IMG/VR virus record: IMGVR_UViG_3300036800_000162
Location: 1 to 62,507 of that record
DNA: 62,507 nucleotides
Reading direction: 5' to 3' (one strand)
Origin: a virus
Lineage: Duplodnaviria > Caudoviricetes
Shown: piece after piece, positions 18,194 to 26,846 of the stretch
How positions within the stretch are numbered: position 1 is the first letter of the stretch
Layout of the letters: every line of letters starts with the position of its first letter
The notes under the pieces: generated by a model
Database searches by the model: none
Told to the model about the DNA's origin: nothing
Seen by the model: only the letters and a program-made list of their open reading frames with translations
Position numbers and translations under genes: made by a program

Positions 18194-19255
18194 TTACAGC
18201 ACCGCAGGCGGGCCTGGCGTATTCGGCCAGGCGGCCCCGGTGATGCCGGTCACCCAAGCGCCGGACGACGGCTTGGCACACACGAGATCCAGACAGGTGA
18301 TCAGCACACCGATGTCGGCGATCTGCCCCTGCGGGATGGCGGATTGGAACCCGGAGAAAACGAACGGCGCCGCCTCGGATAGATACATCGCAACGTAGCG
18401 GCTGTTGCCGTAGAACGCCTGCCCGCGCGGGCAGAACGGGTCCGGAAAGATCGGTGTATCGAGCACGCGGATCGCGCGGAACCCGGCGTTGACCACATCG
18501 CCCTTGCCGTAGCGCGAGCGCGGCGTGGTCTGGAACATCTCCAGGCTCATGAAATCCTGCATGAGCGTGGTCCAGTCGGCCGGGTTCATCACGCCCCAAT
18601 CGGGCGACTCGCCGCCGGCCCCGGTCATGATGCGGGTGAGCAAGGTGGCGGTGCCGGTGCGCGAGGATACCGACGCCTGGCCGCCCATATTCGGGTAGTA
18701 CTGGCCCTGCCAGTATGGGTTGGTGCGCGGGATGCCGCCATAGGACTGCGTGTTGGTGCCGTTGTCGTACGCCTGCGACAAGCTGTCCATCGCCAGCGGG
18801 TTCGACGCGTTGTTGGCATAGAGGTTCTGCGCCAGCGCCTGCTTGATCACCACGGCGGCGTCGGATGTCACCGCGCGCAGCTTCGGAATGATCACCTCGG
18901 ACGACTGGACGATCGCCTCCATCCCGAAGAAGCCGATCGGCACCATGCCGAGCTTCAGGTTGAACTGCGCGTCCTGGATCGCCGCCTCATCCTCCGGCAT
19001 CGGGAAGTCGCCAGCGAACGAACCCCAGTTGAACGACACGAACGACGCGCCTTGCACCGGGATCGTGATCTGCGAGACACCACCACGCGCGCGCTGGGCG
19101 TTACCCAAAAACAACGACAACAGGGGATGCGCCTGGTAGATCTGAGTGTACACACTCGGAATGACCGCCCGCCGGGTGATCGCGGACAACTGCTGACCGA
19201 GCGGACCACCCGGTACGATCCCGGAATAAGCCGGCCCCGTAAGGGTGCCAGACAT
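18194..19255 (-). CDS. Major capsid protein
   Basis: ~353 aa after the scaffold; ITRRAVIPSVYTQIYQAHPLL, YGGIPRT..WQ, PIFPDPFCP patterns. Confidence 0.8.
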   Translation of the reverse strand: MSGTLTGPAYSGIVPGGPLGQQLSAITRRAVIPSVYTQIYQAHPLLSLFLGNAQRARGGVSQITIPVQGASFVSFNWGSFAGDFPMPEDEAAIQDAQFNLKLGMVPIGFFGMEAIVQSSEVIIPKLRAVTSDAAVVIKQALAQNLYANNASNPLAMDSLSQAYDNGTNTQSYGGIPRTNPYWQGQYYPNMGGQASVSSRTGTATLLTRIMTGAGGESPDWGVMNPADWTTLMQDFMSLEMFQTTPRSRYGKGDVVNAGFRAIRVLDTPIFPDPFCPRGQAFYGNSRYVAMYLSEAAPFVFSGFQSAIPQGQIADIGVLITCLDLVCAKPSSGAWVTGITGAAWPNTPGPPAVL

Positions 19256-20103
19256 CAACGTTCTCCGTATGTGGGTGGCGCGTCAACTGCGTCACAGCGA
19301 AAGCGCGGGGTGTGAAGTAGAAAGTCAGTAGCTTCCCGACTCTCAAGCGGCATCAACCGATACCCCTCGTCGGCCGCTATTGCCGGATATTCGTTCAGCA
19401 GTTTGATCGCCGCCCGCACCTTGTCAGCCACACGCTGGCCGCTCGGCTGATAACGCGACCATAGTTCGAGATTGGCCGGATCGTTGTTTAGCCTGTCGCC
19501 ATCTAGGTGGTGGATCTGTTCACCAACTCGTAGCGGCCGTCCCAACTCCCGTTCCATCACGATGCGATGCTCAAACTCATATCCCGATGCGAGCTTGATT
19601 TTCCGGTATCCTGCGTCAGTGACGCTGCCGTCACCCATCTTCGCACGCAGCAAATCCGCACCGCCAGGATCGCCGATCTTCTGTTGGCGTCGATAATGTG
19701 TGATGCAAAACCCGCCGCCGCGCGCCGGCTTATCGCAATCATCCACCGCACAACGCACACCAGTAATAGCGCGCGGCGCGACGCCCACAGCGCCAACGGC
19801 TCCGTACAGATTTACGCGTTGGTAGTGTAGGTTGCAGTGACCCTTGGCGTATGACTTGCGGGAACAACCTTCAATTCCACACAACCCGACATCACGCTCC
19901 GGTATCGCCGACACTGGAAACCGTGCGCGCAGGTGTTCATCGCAGAGTCCCTTAGCGCGCGTCGTTGCAGAGCACCCAAATGCCCGGCAGGTTGTGCGGC
20001 ACTGATCGCAATAGACTTGCGGCCCATTGGTAGACGGCACAAAGCCATCGCCACATAGGCGACAGACTTTCTCCGTCCGGTAGTTGCGCCGCATCCCGAC
20101 CAT
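19255..20103 (-). CDS. HNH endonuclease with repeated Cys/His zinc modules
   Basis: EHRIVMERELGRPL..IHHLDGDRLNNDPANLELW; three CxxxxC..GxCxxH repeats; TGATG overlaps at both ends. Confidence 0.85.
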   Translation of the reverse strand: MVGMRRNYRTEKVCRLCGDGFVPSTNGPQVYCDQCRTTCRAFGCSATTRAKGLCDEHLRARFPVSAIPERDVGLCGIEGCSRKSYAKGHCNLHYQRVNLYGAVGAVGVAPRAITGVRCAVDDCDKPARGGGFCITHYRRQQKIGDPGGADLLRAKMGDGSVTDAGYRKIKLASGYEFEHRIVMERELGRPLRVGEQIHHLDGDRLNNDPANLELWSRYQPSGQRVADKVRAAIKLLNEYPAIAADEGYRLMPLESREATDFLLHTPRFRCDAVDAPPTYGER

Positions 20104-20702
20104 CAGCCGCTCACCGGCATCTCGGCGAGCACCTGATTTACAGTGTCAGTGAAAAAGGCGTCCGGGTCCTCATGAAGCTGCCGCCACACCTCATCCTGCT
20201 TGGTGGTACCGAACATGTCGGCCTTGTTGTCGCTGAACAGCCGATTGTTGGCGGATGATGGCGGCGACTTCGGCAGCGACTCCCGGTAGAGCAGCGCGGC
20301 GGCTTCCGGATCGGCGAGTTGGCGGTCCTGCATGGTTTTCACCACGTTCGCCATCGCCTCATCGGTGAACTTGAACCGGTCCTGCACCTCGCCCAACTGC
20401 GCGCGCAGCCGCGTCTCGGCCGACTTGGTCTCCGCCGCAGTACGGTAGTCGTTGAACGCCGTCTCCAGCCCGGTCAGCTTCTGCTCGATCTCGGCGCGCT
20501 GGGCGCGGGCTTCGGTGACGATCGGATGCTCGTCGGGGATCTGGATCGCCGGGCGGAGTTCCTTCGCCTTGCGGCGAACCTGCGCGCCAACGTCCGGCGC
20601 ATTCCAGATCTGATCGAACAGTTGCAGCATCTCGCGCTGCGCCTGATAGTCGCGCGCGTTGACCTGCATGAAGCCGTCGCCGCCAGGCTGCGGGTCCGGC
20701 AT
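20103..20702 (-). CDS. Scaffolding-like protein
   Basis: Acidic coiled coil upstream of the capsid gene. Confidence 0.6.
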   Translation of the reverse strand: MPDPQPGGDGFMQVNARDYQAQREMLQLFDQIWNAPDVGAQVRRKAKELRPAIQIPDEHPIVTEARAQRAEIEQKLTGLETAFNDYRTAAETKSAETRLRAQLGEVQDRFKFTDEAMANVVKTMQDRQLADPEAAALLYRESLPKSPPSSANNRLFSDNKADMFGTTKQDEVWRQLHEDPDAFFTDTVNQVLAEMPVSG

Positions 20703-20878
20703 TACTCAGACTTCCCCATCGCGCCGCCGACGTGCTTGATCGCCATGGTGCCGTCCTGCACGGACGACGGCATGCCGGCCGCATTGGCGCCGATGGAGGT
20801 CTTGTCCATCGGCACACGTTGCATGATAGGATCTTCCGCCTTCGTATCGTTCAGGTATGGTCCAGGGAAGCGCGACAT
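20702..20878 (-). CDS. 58-aa hypothetical protein (absent from the ORF track)
   Basis: MSRFPGPYLNDTKAEDPIMQRVPMDKTSIG...; GGAAAGG RBS; TAATG coupling to the scaffold gene. Confidence 0.65.
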   Translation of the reverse strand: MSRFPGPYLNDTKAEDPIMQRVPMDKTSIGANAAGMPSSVQDGTMAIKHVGGAMGKSE

Positions 20879-20895
20879 CGTATCTTTCCTTTCCG

Positions 20896-21330
20896 TTACG
20901 CGGCCATCGGCATGGCGCCAGCGGCAGCGCCGCCCGGCATCGGGGGTGCGCCACCAGCGCCTTCGGCGCCGCCGAGTGCGGGGGGTTGCGGAGGCTGTTG
21001 CTGCCCGCCCATGCCGGCGAGCGCTGCATTCGGTGCGGCGGCCTTCAGCCGCTGCATCATCTGCAACAGGCTCTGTAGTTTCATCTGCGGATTATCCTGC
21101 GCCTCGTTCATGTGCGCGCCGATCTTCTTGACCGAGTCGAGCACCGCGTTGTGCAGTTCAGTCCCCATTGGGATGGACGGCAGCGCGCGTTGGAGCGCTT
21201 CCAGCGCCGTCTTCACATCGGACAGCCCGCCGGTCGCGTTGCCAGGATTGCCATGCGGCGCGACCGCCGGCCCCGCATTCGGTGGAGCCGGCGACAGCGT
21301 CGGGGGAAGGGCGCCACCGAAAGGCGGCAT
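20896..21330 (-). CDS. Pro/Gly/Ala-rich head-module protein
   Basis: PPNAGP..P.GNPG..ALPSIPMGTELH; in the head operon. Confidence 0.65.
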   Translation of the reverse strand: MPPFGGALPPTLSPAPPNAGPAVAPHGNPGNATGGLSDVKTALEALQRALPSIPMGTELHNAVLDSVKKIGAHMNEAQDNPQMKLQSLLQMMQRLKAAAPNAALAGMGGQQQPPQPPALGGAEGAGGAPPMPGGAAAGAMPMAA

Positions 21331-21393
21331 GGGGGTCCAGTCCCTTCTATCGCCCCGCCCGGTCTGCGTTCGCTCAACCGAACGGGGTCAGCG

Positions 21394-21432
21394 TTAGCGC
21401 CGGGAGCGCTTGCTGTGTCTGCGGAACCGCAT
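21394..21432 (-). CDS. 12-aa Arg-rich peptide MRFRRHSKRSRR
   Basis: AAGGAG RBS 6 nt before the ATG; first ORF of the head operon. Confidence 0.55.
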   Translation of the reverse strand: MRFRRHSKRSRR

Positions 21433-21479
21433 CGTTTGCTCCTTGTTGCTGCCGAGACACGGTGTATCGGCGGGGCGGA

Positions 21480-21610
21480 GGCTGATGACCGGTCAAGTCG
21501 ATGTCAAGCATTACGACAGCGTTCGTCTAATAATAGTTTACGGATTTACCGTGCTACAACTAATAGGTATTAGCACGTTTCTACGGTTCCCTGCGATGTT
21601 ACTGTGCGTC
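21480..21610. promoter_or_regulatory. AT-rich divergent promoter region between the head operon and the portal
   Basis: AT-rich; inverted repeats CGTGCTA/TAGCACG (21550-21577) and CTAATA/TATTAG. Confidence 0.55.
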
Positions 21611-23422
21611 ATGTTCATCCCACGCAGCAAGATCGCCAGATGGGCCGCCGAGATCATCCAGGCATGCACACCGGATCTGGAGGAGCGCATCCAGCGCGGC
21701 GCGCTCTACCGCAACCTCTATCTGACCGGCGATGAGAACGGCAATCCCGCGACCTATGCCAAAACCTTCGCCTATATCGACAACCTTGCGAGCTTCCTGT
21801 TCAGCCCGTTGGAGTTGCGTTACCTGATCAGGTTCCATGGCGGCGGCAATCTTACCGAGCGCGCGATGGGCCGGGCCTCCGCCGCCGTGCTGCACGACCT
21901 GATGACCGATGCCGGCGTCTACGCGACGCTGTCGGACTGCGTCGAGTGGTCGCTGGTCAAAGGCAAGACGTTCTGCAAGCTGAATTGGGAGGGTGACGGC
22001 TTCGCACCCTACATGATCCAGCCGGAGTTCCTCGGCGTGCTGCGCCCGGATGTGACCGATCTTGGCCGGCAAGAGGCGTTCGTCCACACGACCTATTACA
22101 CGCCATCCGAGTTCGCCTCGGCGTTCCGCGAGTTGCCGAACCTCGGGCAGTTGATGCGTGACATCACCAAGCGCGGCAGCCGCGGGCGGCCGGACCAGCG
22201 GCCGGATCGCTCCAACGCGCTGAAACAGATCGTACTGGGTGGGCTGAACCCGTTTCTGCAAGCCGGCCAGTCGCCGTCCACCGCAACCAGCCGCGGCATC
22301 GTCAACTGGCTGGGCGGCCCGCAGGCCAACTGGGATGCCAAGGTCATGGCGCAACTGCTGCGCCTTGACGAACTCTGGGTGAAAGATAGCGCCACCGACG
22401 ATTGGGCGACGTTCCAAATGGTCGGCGACGTGCTGGTGACCGGCGGCGAGATCATCCGCAACGCCTTCGCCGATATGTTCGATCCGGACAATCAAATGCG
22501 ACGGCTGCCGGATCAGTTCCGCAAGCGGAACCCGCTGTCCGGCCTGCATCCGTTTGTCGAGTTCTGCCCCAACCGGCTGGATGGGTATTTTTGGGGTCGT
22601 TCCGAGATCTGCAATGTCGGCGTGCTGCAAATGCAGATCAACGCGCGGCTGAACGGCATCGCCCGGTTGCTGCGGCGCGAGGAAAAGCCACCCAAGTATT
22701 TCGCTGGTGGCATGGGCATCACCCAGCAGAAGTTCTCGGCGATGGACAAGCCGGGCGGGTTCTTCACCGATCCGACGCCGAACGCCAAGATGCAAGACGT
22801 GTACCCGAAGGTGCCGGAGGGATTGTGGCAGAGCTTGCACGAGTACGATCAGATGTTCGACGCCATGGCTGGGCTGCCGCCCGTGCTGCAAGGCCGCGGC
22901 GAGTCCGGCGTGCGCGCGCAGGGCCACGCCGAGACGCTGACCCGCAACGCCTCGCCCCGGTTCAAGGATCGCGCCCTGTCGATCGAGCGATCGGTCACCG
23001 AGGTTGGTGCGCTGGGCCTGGCGCTGCTGCGCGCCATGAACAATGAGACGGTGGTGACCTGGCTGAAGCCGGAGACGCAGAATGTCGTCGCGCAGATGAA
23101 GCCGGACGACCCGACCTTGGAGCCGCCCGCACCGGGGATGCACCAGTTTCCGTTTCGCTTCTCCCACATCCCCGATCACGCCAAGGTGGTGGTGGACAGC
23201 CATTCGTCCAGCCCGGCGTTCAGCTACGAGTTCCGCAGCCTGATCTTCGACATGGTCAAGGCCGGCATGATGACGCCGGAGGAAGCCGTCGAGCACCTGC
23301 ACCCGGCCGGCGAGGACGACATGGTCGCCGACATCGAACGCCGCGAGATCCAGCAGGCGCAACTGATCAAGCAGCACCCGGAGTTGCTGGCCTCCATCAT
23401 GGGTGGTAAGAAACACAGGTGA
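21611..23422 (+). CDS. Portal protein
   Basis: ~603 aa; LASFLFSP, HPFVEFCPN..GYFWGRSE, LQGRGESGVRA patterns typical of podovirus-type portals. Confidence 0.8.
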   Translation: MFIPRSKIARWAAEIIQACTPDLEERIQRGALYRNLYLTGDENGNPATYAKTFAYIDNLASFLFSPLELRYLIRFHGGGNLTERAMGRASAAVLHDLMTDAGVYATLSDCVEWSLVKGKTFCKLNWEGDGFAPYMIQPEFLGVLRPDVTDLGRQEAFVHTTYYTPSEFASAFRELPNLGQLMRDITKRGSRGRPDQRPDRSNALKQIVLGGLNPFLQAGQSPSTATSRGIVNWLGGPQANWDAKVMAQLLRLDELWVKDSATDDWATFQMVGDVLVTGGEIIRNAFADMFDPDNQMRRLPDQFRKRNPLSGLHPFVEFCPNRLDGYFWGRSEICNVGVLQMQINARLNGIARLLRREEKPPKYFAGGMGITQQKFSAMDKPGGFFTDPTPNAKMQDVYPKVPEGLWQSLHEYDQMFDAMAGLPPVLQGRGESGVRAQGHAETLTRNASPRFKDRALSIERSVTEVGALGLALLRAMNNETVVTWLKPETQNVVAQMKPDDPTLEPPAPGMHQFPFRFSHIPDHAKVVVDSHSSSPAFSYEFRSLIFDMVKAGMMTPEEAVEHLHPAGEDDMVADIERREIQQAQLIKQHPELLASIMGGKKHR

Positions 23423-23439
23423 TTGCCGGGAGGGCAACT

Positions 23440-23658
23440 ATGGGAGACGATCAAAACGATATCGCTGCGCTAGAGGCGATCCACGCGAGGCTGCGCGCCA
23501 CGCACGATGAAGTCCTCGATCTGGTCTACTCAGAGAGCGCGTTGCATACCATGTCCACCGATACGGCTGCGGCGCTCGGCTATGCAGTCGGCTGCATCAG
23601 CAAGGCGAAGGCGCTGCTTGGCCGCGATATTGACGACCGCAAACGCCACGCTCTATAG
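23440..23658 (+). CDS. Hypothetical protein
   Basis: GGAGG RBS. Confidence 0.5.
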   Translation: MGDDQNDIAALEAIHARLRATHDEVLDLVYSESALHTMSTDTAAALGYAVGCISKAKALLGRDIDDRKRHAL

Positions 23659-23688
23659 TTGCCCTCAAGGCAACCGCGGAGACCAGAT

Positions 23689-23913
23689 ATGGCGCGCAAG
23701 GCGGCACTTAAGCGTCAGGCAGCGCCGCGGCAGAACACCAAACCGCGGCCACAGCCGTTGCTGCGTTGCTGGCTGCGACGTCGCACGCGATGCCTCGGCG
23801 AGTGCCAGTATCTGCTTCCAAGGCGGGAGTGCATGTATGAGCTACTACAGGCTGATCGTGATGCGGCTAAAGGACATGCGGCGCGTGCATCCGGAGATGG
23901 ACGCGAGCCGTAA
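23689..23913 (+). CDS. Hypothetical protein
   Basis: GGAG RBS; overlaps the next gene. Confidence 0.35.
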   Translation: MARKAALKRQAAPRQNTKPRPQPLLRCWLRRRTRCLGECQYLLPRRECMYELLQADRDAAKGHAARASGDGREP

Positions 23914-24088
23914 CTGCCAGTGCTGCAATGAGACGGTCGGCATCTATCCATCGGGGCGGCGCATCCTACAGCGCCATCCCGACAGTGACATCGTGTGCAG
24001 CCACTGCGTGTCGCGGGATGACGTGCGCCGCGCGAAACCCGCGCCTGGCGCGTTGGCCGAGCGCGGACAGTCGGTTTCGCGTCAGTGA
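23837..24088 (+). CDS. Zinc-finger hypothetical protein
   Basis: CQCC...CSHC; coupled to the next gene. Confidence 0.5.
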   Translation: MSYYRLIVMRLKDMRRVHPEMDASRNCQCCNETVGIYPSGRRILQRHPDSDIVCSHCVSRDDVRRAKPAPGALAERGQSVSRQ

Positions 24089-24285
24089 TGCCTCTGATTT
24101 GCCCGTGCTGCGGCCAACCAGCGACGCCGCGCAAGACACCGATCACTGCGGACGAATGCGAGGTCGGTTACCGCCTGATGCTGCGCCGCGGCCTGAACCG
24201 AGATACGCTCCTCGCCGAGTACGGCGCCACGCTCGATCAGCTTGCGCCCGGTATGACCGATTGGCTGCGGATGCAACCGCCATGA
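24085..24285 (+). CDS. Hypothetical protein (CPCCG)
   Basis: Translational coupling at both ends. Confidence 0.5.
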   Translation: MMPLICPCCGQPATPRKTPITADECEVGYRLMLRRGLNRDTLLAEYGATLDQLAPGMTDWLRMQPP

Positions 24286-24554
24286 TGCAGCCGCTCCAGA
24301 CGATCCTGGTATTCACTGCGGGGGTTATCCGAACACTGAACCGGCGACTACACGCCCGCCAGCGCGCGATTGACATGCGTATCCTCTGGCCGGCGTGCAT
24401 TGAACGGGCACCGAACCTTGATCTCGCGCTGACAATATTCCGCATTCATTGCTACCAGGACCCGGCGTGGCTGGAACTCGGCGAGGCTACCATCAACGAA
24501 ATGCTCGACCGTCTTGAGGTCGCTAACCGCTCCGCACCCCATCCCCCGCAATGA
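24282..24554 (+). CDS. Hypothetical protein
   Basis: ATGA coupling. Confidence 0.5.
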   Translation: MMQPLQTILVFTAGVIRTLNRRLHARQRAIDMRILWPACIERAPNLDLALTIFRIHCYQDPAWLELGEATINEMLDRLEVANRSAPHPPQ

Positions 24555-25041
24555 TATGCACGGGCGCGCTGTCCTTGCGTGCGTGCTGGATCGCCACCGG
24601 GTTCACCGTGTCGCGCGTGTTGAACCGGCCACTGACCGCTGCCTGCATGACCGCGCGTGGGGGCAGATCGAAGATCCCACCGCGCTGCTGACGTTGCTGT
24701 CTCGGCCGGGCGAACATATTATCCGCCATCGCCTGCAAGCGCGGTGGCAGTTTGGGCGCCATCGTCTCGCCCTCGCGTACGTCACTGCGCAGATCGGTCA
24801 TTTGGTGGTCGGTCATTACGATCTCCGCAGTCTGGTCCACCGCGCGGACTCGCAGTGACCCGACCACGGCGGGCGCGACCTGTGAGACGTAATCGAATTT
24901 CTTGCGCCGCGCCTTGCGCTTGCAGGTCGGGCACGGCGGGTCCGGCAGCAGATCGAGCGCCGCTTCGTCCGGCACCTTCACGACCCCCTTGTAGCGGGTG
25001 CCGCAGATCGTGCAGCGGATGGTGAGTTGAAACCGGGTCAT
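24523..25041 (-). CDS. Zn-ribbon (FmdB-like) protein
   Basis: CTICG...CPTC; MTDLRSDVREGE..APKL. Confidence 0.65.
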   Translation of the reverse strand: MTRFQLTIRCTICGTRYKGVVKVPDEAALDLLPDPPCPTCKRKARRKKFDYVSQVAPAVVGSLRVRAVDQTAEIVMTDHQMTDLRSDVREGETMAPKLPPRLQAMADNMFARPRQQRQQRGGIFDLPPRAVMQAAVSGRFNTRDTVNPVAIQHARKDSAPVHIIAGDGVRSG

Positions 25042-25249
25042 CTGCCCTCATGGGGTTTGACGGTGGTGACGCCAAAAACCGTCGTGGCGACGGAACACAG
25101 ACCGCCGTTGGCGGCGCGGCACCCTGCGCTGCAACCGCATAGACCGTTCGAGACGCAGAGACTCAAATCTACGAACGGTTACCAGACGGCCATTCTGCCA
25201 TTTGCCATAGGATATCCAGCGCCATGACTCGGTAACTATCACCCGTATG

Positions 25250-25483
25250 TCACCCTTCCAACCCCATCTCGGCGATGATCTCCTCGATGCGCTGGTTCAG
25301 CGCGGACAGGTCACTCATATCCACACCGAAGCGTGGCGGATATAGCATCGGCAAGGTCTCGCGGCGCACTTCCTTGCCGTCATGCGCAACGACGATGGCC
25401 CACTGTCGCGGCTCATCATCGCCTGATGGCATCAGCGCCTGGAACCTGTAGCCGCCGAGAAAGAACTCACCGTGCCGCGTCAT
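25250..25483 (-). CDS. Hypothetical protein
   Basis: GAGGAG RBS. Confidence 0.55.
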   Translation of the reverse strand: MTRHGEFFLGGYRFQALMPSGDDEPRQWAIVVAHDGKEVRRETLPMLYPPRFGVDMSDLSALNQRIEEIIAEMGLEG

Positions 25484-25485
25484 AC

Positions 25486-25899
25486 TCACTCCTCCCCCAG
25501 CAGCGAGAACCGCTCGACGCGCGGCGGCTGCGCCAGCGCCTGGCGATCGTTCTGATGGGCCTTCGCAATCGCGTTGATATAGCTCTCCACCGGCACGACG
25601 GCGACCGGCTTGGCGGCAATGTCGCGCCCCAGGATCGCGCCGCCGCGCCCGCGTGCCTGGATCTGGAACGCTTCGTGCGGCACCGGCCACACCTCCACCC
25701 AACCCTCCCGCGGGCACCAATAGAGCGGCTGGCCGCGCTGCGCACGCTCTGCGCCGGTCATCGCGTCAAGCCAGGCCGGCAAGCAGCGCATCAGCGGCGT
25801 GCGGCAGCGGACGCCCTTGCCGGTCGCATGCACCACCGCCAGCATCGCCACCGCGTCCGGGGGCAGATCGAGACGGGTCTGGCCGGCCGGCAGGATCAT
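25486..25899 (-). CDS. Hypothetical protein (adaptor-like VEVWPVP segment)
   Basis: ATGA coupling. Confidence 0.5.
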   Translation of the reverse strand: MILPAGQTRLDLPPDAVAMLAVVHATGKGVRCRTPLMRCLPAWLDAMTGAERAQRGQPLYWCPREGWVEVWPVPHEAFQIQARGRGGAILGRDIAAKPVAVVPVESYINAIAKAHQNDRQALAQPPRVERFSLLGEE

Positions 25900-26231
25900 G
25901 CGGCCACCTTCCCCGCCGGCATCGCCTCGCGCCAGGCCACCGGGACGAACCCGACCGCGCGCCGGTTCAGCACCGCAGCCCAGTAGCTGCGCACCTGCCA
26001 GCCGCGCACCTGCCACACCTTCACCCGCGTGGTCCGCCAGTAGGCCAGGGTTCCGTTAGGATCAATGACAGGATCGTCCGACAGATAGAGCGACCGGTTG
26101 GTGGGCGCGCTCGCCATGCCGTGCCAACCGGGCGGTAATTGTTGCGTCTCCGCGAGGGGCACCGCCAAATCGGGAAGTGCCGCTAAATCAAGCTCTTGCG
26201 GTGGCGATGCTTCCTCTTGCGTGACCGCCAT
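25896..26231 (-). CDS. Hypothetical protein
   Basis: WHGMASAP..., PVAWRE motifs. Confidence 0.45.
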   Translation of the reverse strand: MAVTQEEASPPQELDLAALPDLAVPLAETQQLPPGWHGMASAPTNRSLYLSDDPVIDPNGTLAYWRTTRVKVWQVRGWQVRSYWAAVLNRRAVGFVPVAWREAMPAGKVAA

Positions 26232-26271
26232 CCGCGGCGCGCCGCGCAGCGGCGGCATGGCCGGAACGGGA

Positions 26272-26622
26272 TCAGGTCTGCGGTTCATCGAGGCCGTGCT
26301 CCTCACGCCAAGCCTGGTCCGGCGACGGGTCGGTATAGGCCGTCGCATCAGGGTCGGTCGGGGTGATCACCGCCTCGACCGCCTGCTGATCCCGCATCTC
26401 CAACGCCTCCCGCGCCAGGGTCACGTAGCATGTCCACATCGGGACAATGTCCAATGTCGGCACCAGCGTGGCGGTCCCGTTTGGCACCGAGATGCTGGCC
26501 GCCTCATACGGCACCACCGGCTGATTGGGCGAGTAGTAGTTGGTGCATAGCTTGCGCGCCAGCGCCTGCACGCGCGGCTCGACGTTGTGCCACCACGGCG
26601 TCGGCTGGGTGATGTTGCTCAT
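26272..26622 (-). CDS. Hypothetical protein
   Basis: AAGGAG RBS; ATGA coupling. Confidence 0.6.
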   Translation of the reverse strand: MSNITQPTPWWHNVEPRVQALARKLCTNYYSPNQPVVPYEAASISVPNGTATLVPTLDIVPMWTCYVTLAREALEMRDQQAVEAVITPTDPDATAYTDPSPDQAWREEHGLDEPQT

Positions 26623-26846
26623 GTCGGCTCCTTCGACTGACGTTCCATGGCCTGGTGACAGATGCGGCCGAGCAACAGCAGGCGCCGGCCATGCTCATCG
26701 ATGAACCTGGCTAGTTCCATGACCGGAACCAAGTTCTCGTAATCATCATCGACTGGCGCCTCTTGCGCCATATCCAGCAGCCGCTCGAAATCATCGAGCA
26801 TCACGCCGTCCGGCAACCGCTCCTGCGCGATATTGTCGTTGCTCAT
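26619..26846 (-). CDS. Hypothetical protein
   Basis: Coupled to the terminase stop. Confidence 0.55.
   Translation of the reverse strand: MSNDNIAQERLPDGVMLDDFERLLDMAQEAPVDDDYENLVPVMELARFIDEHGRRLLLLGRICHQAMERQSKEPT

Noticed and set aside
19255-20103. Group I intron or intein in the capsid gene
   Set aside because: The flanking genes are complete ORFs with their own starts and stops
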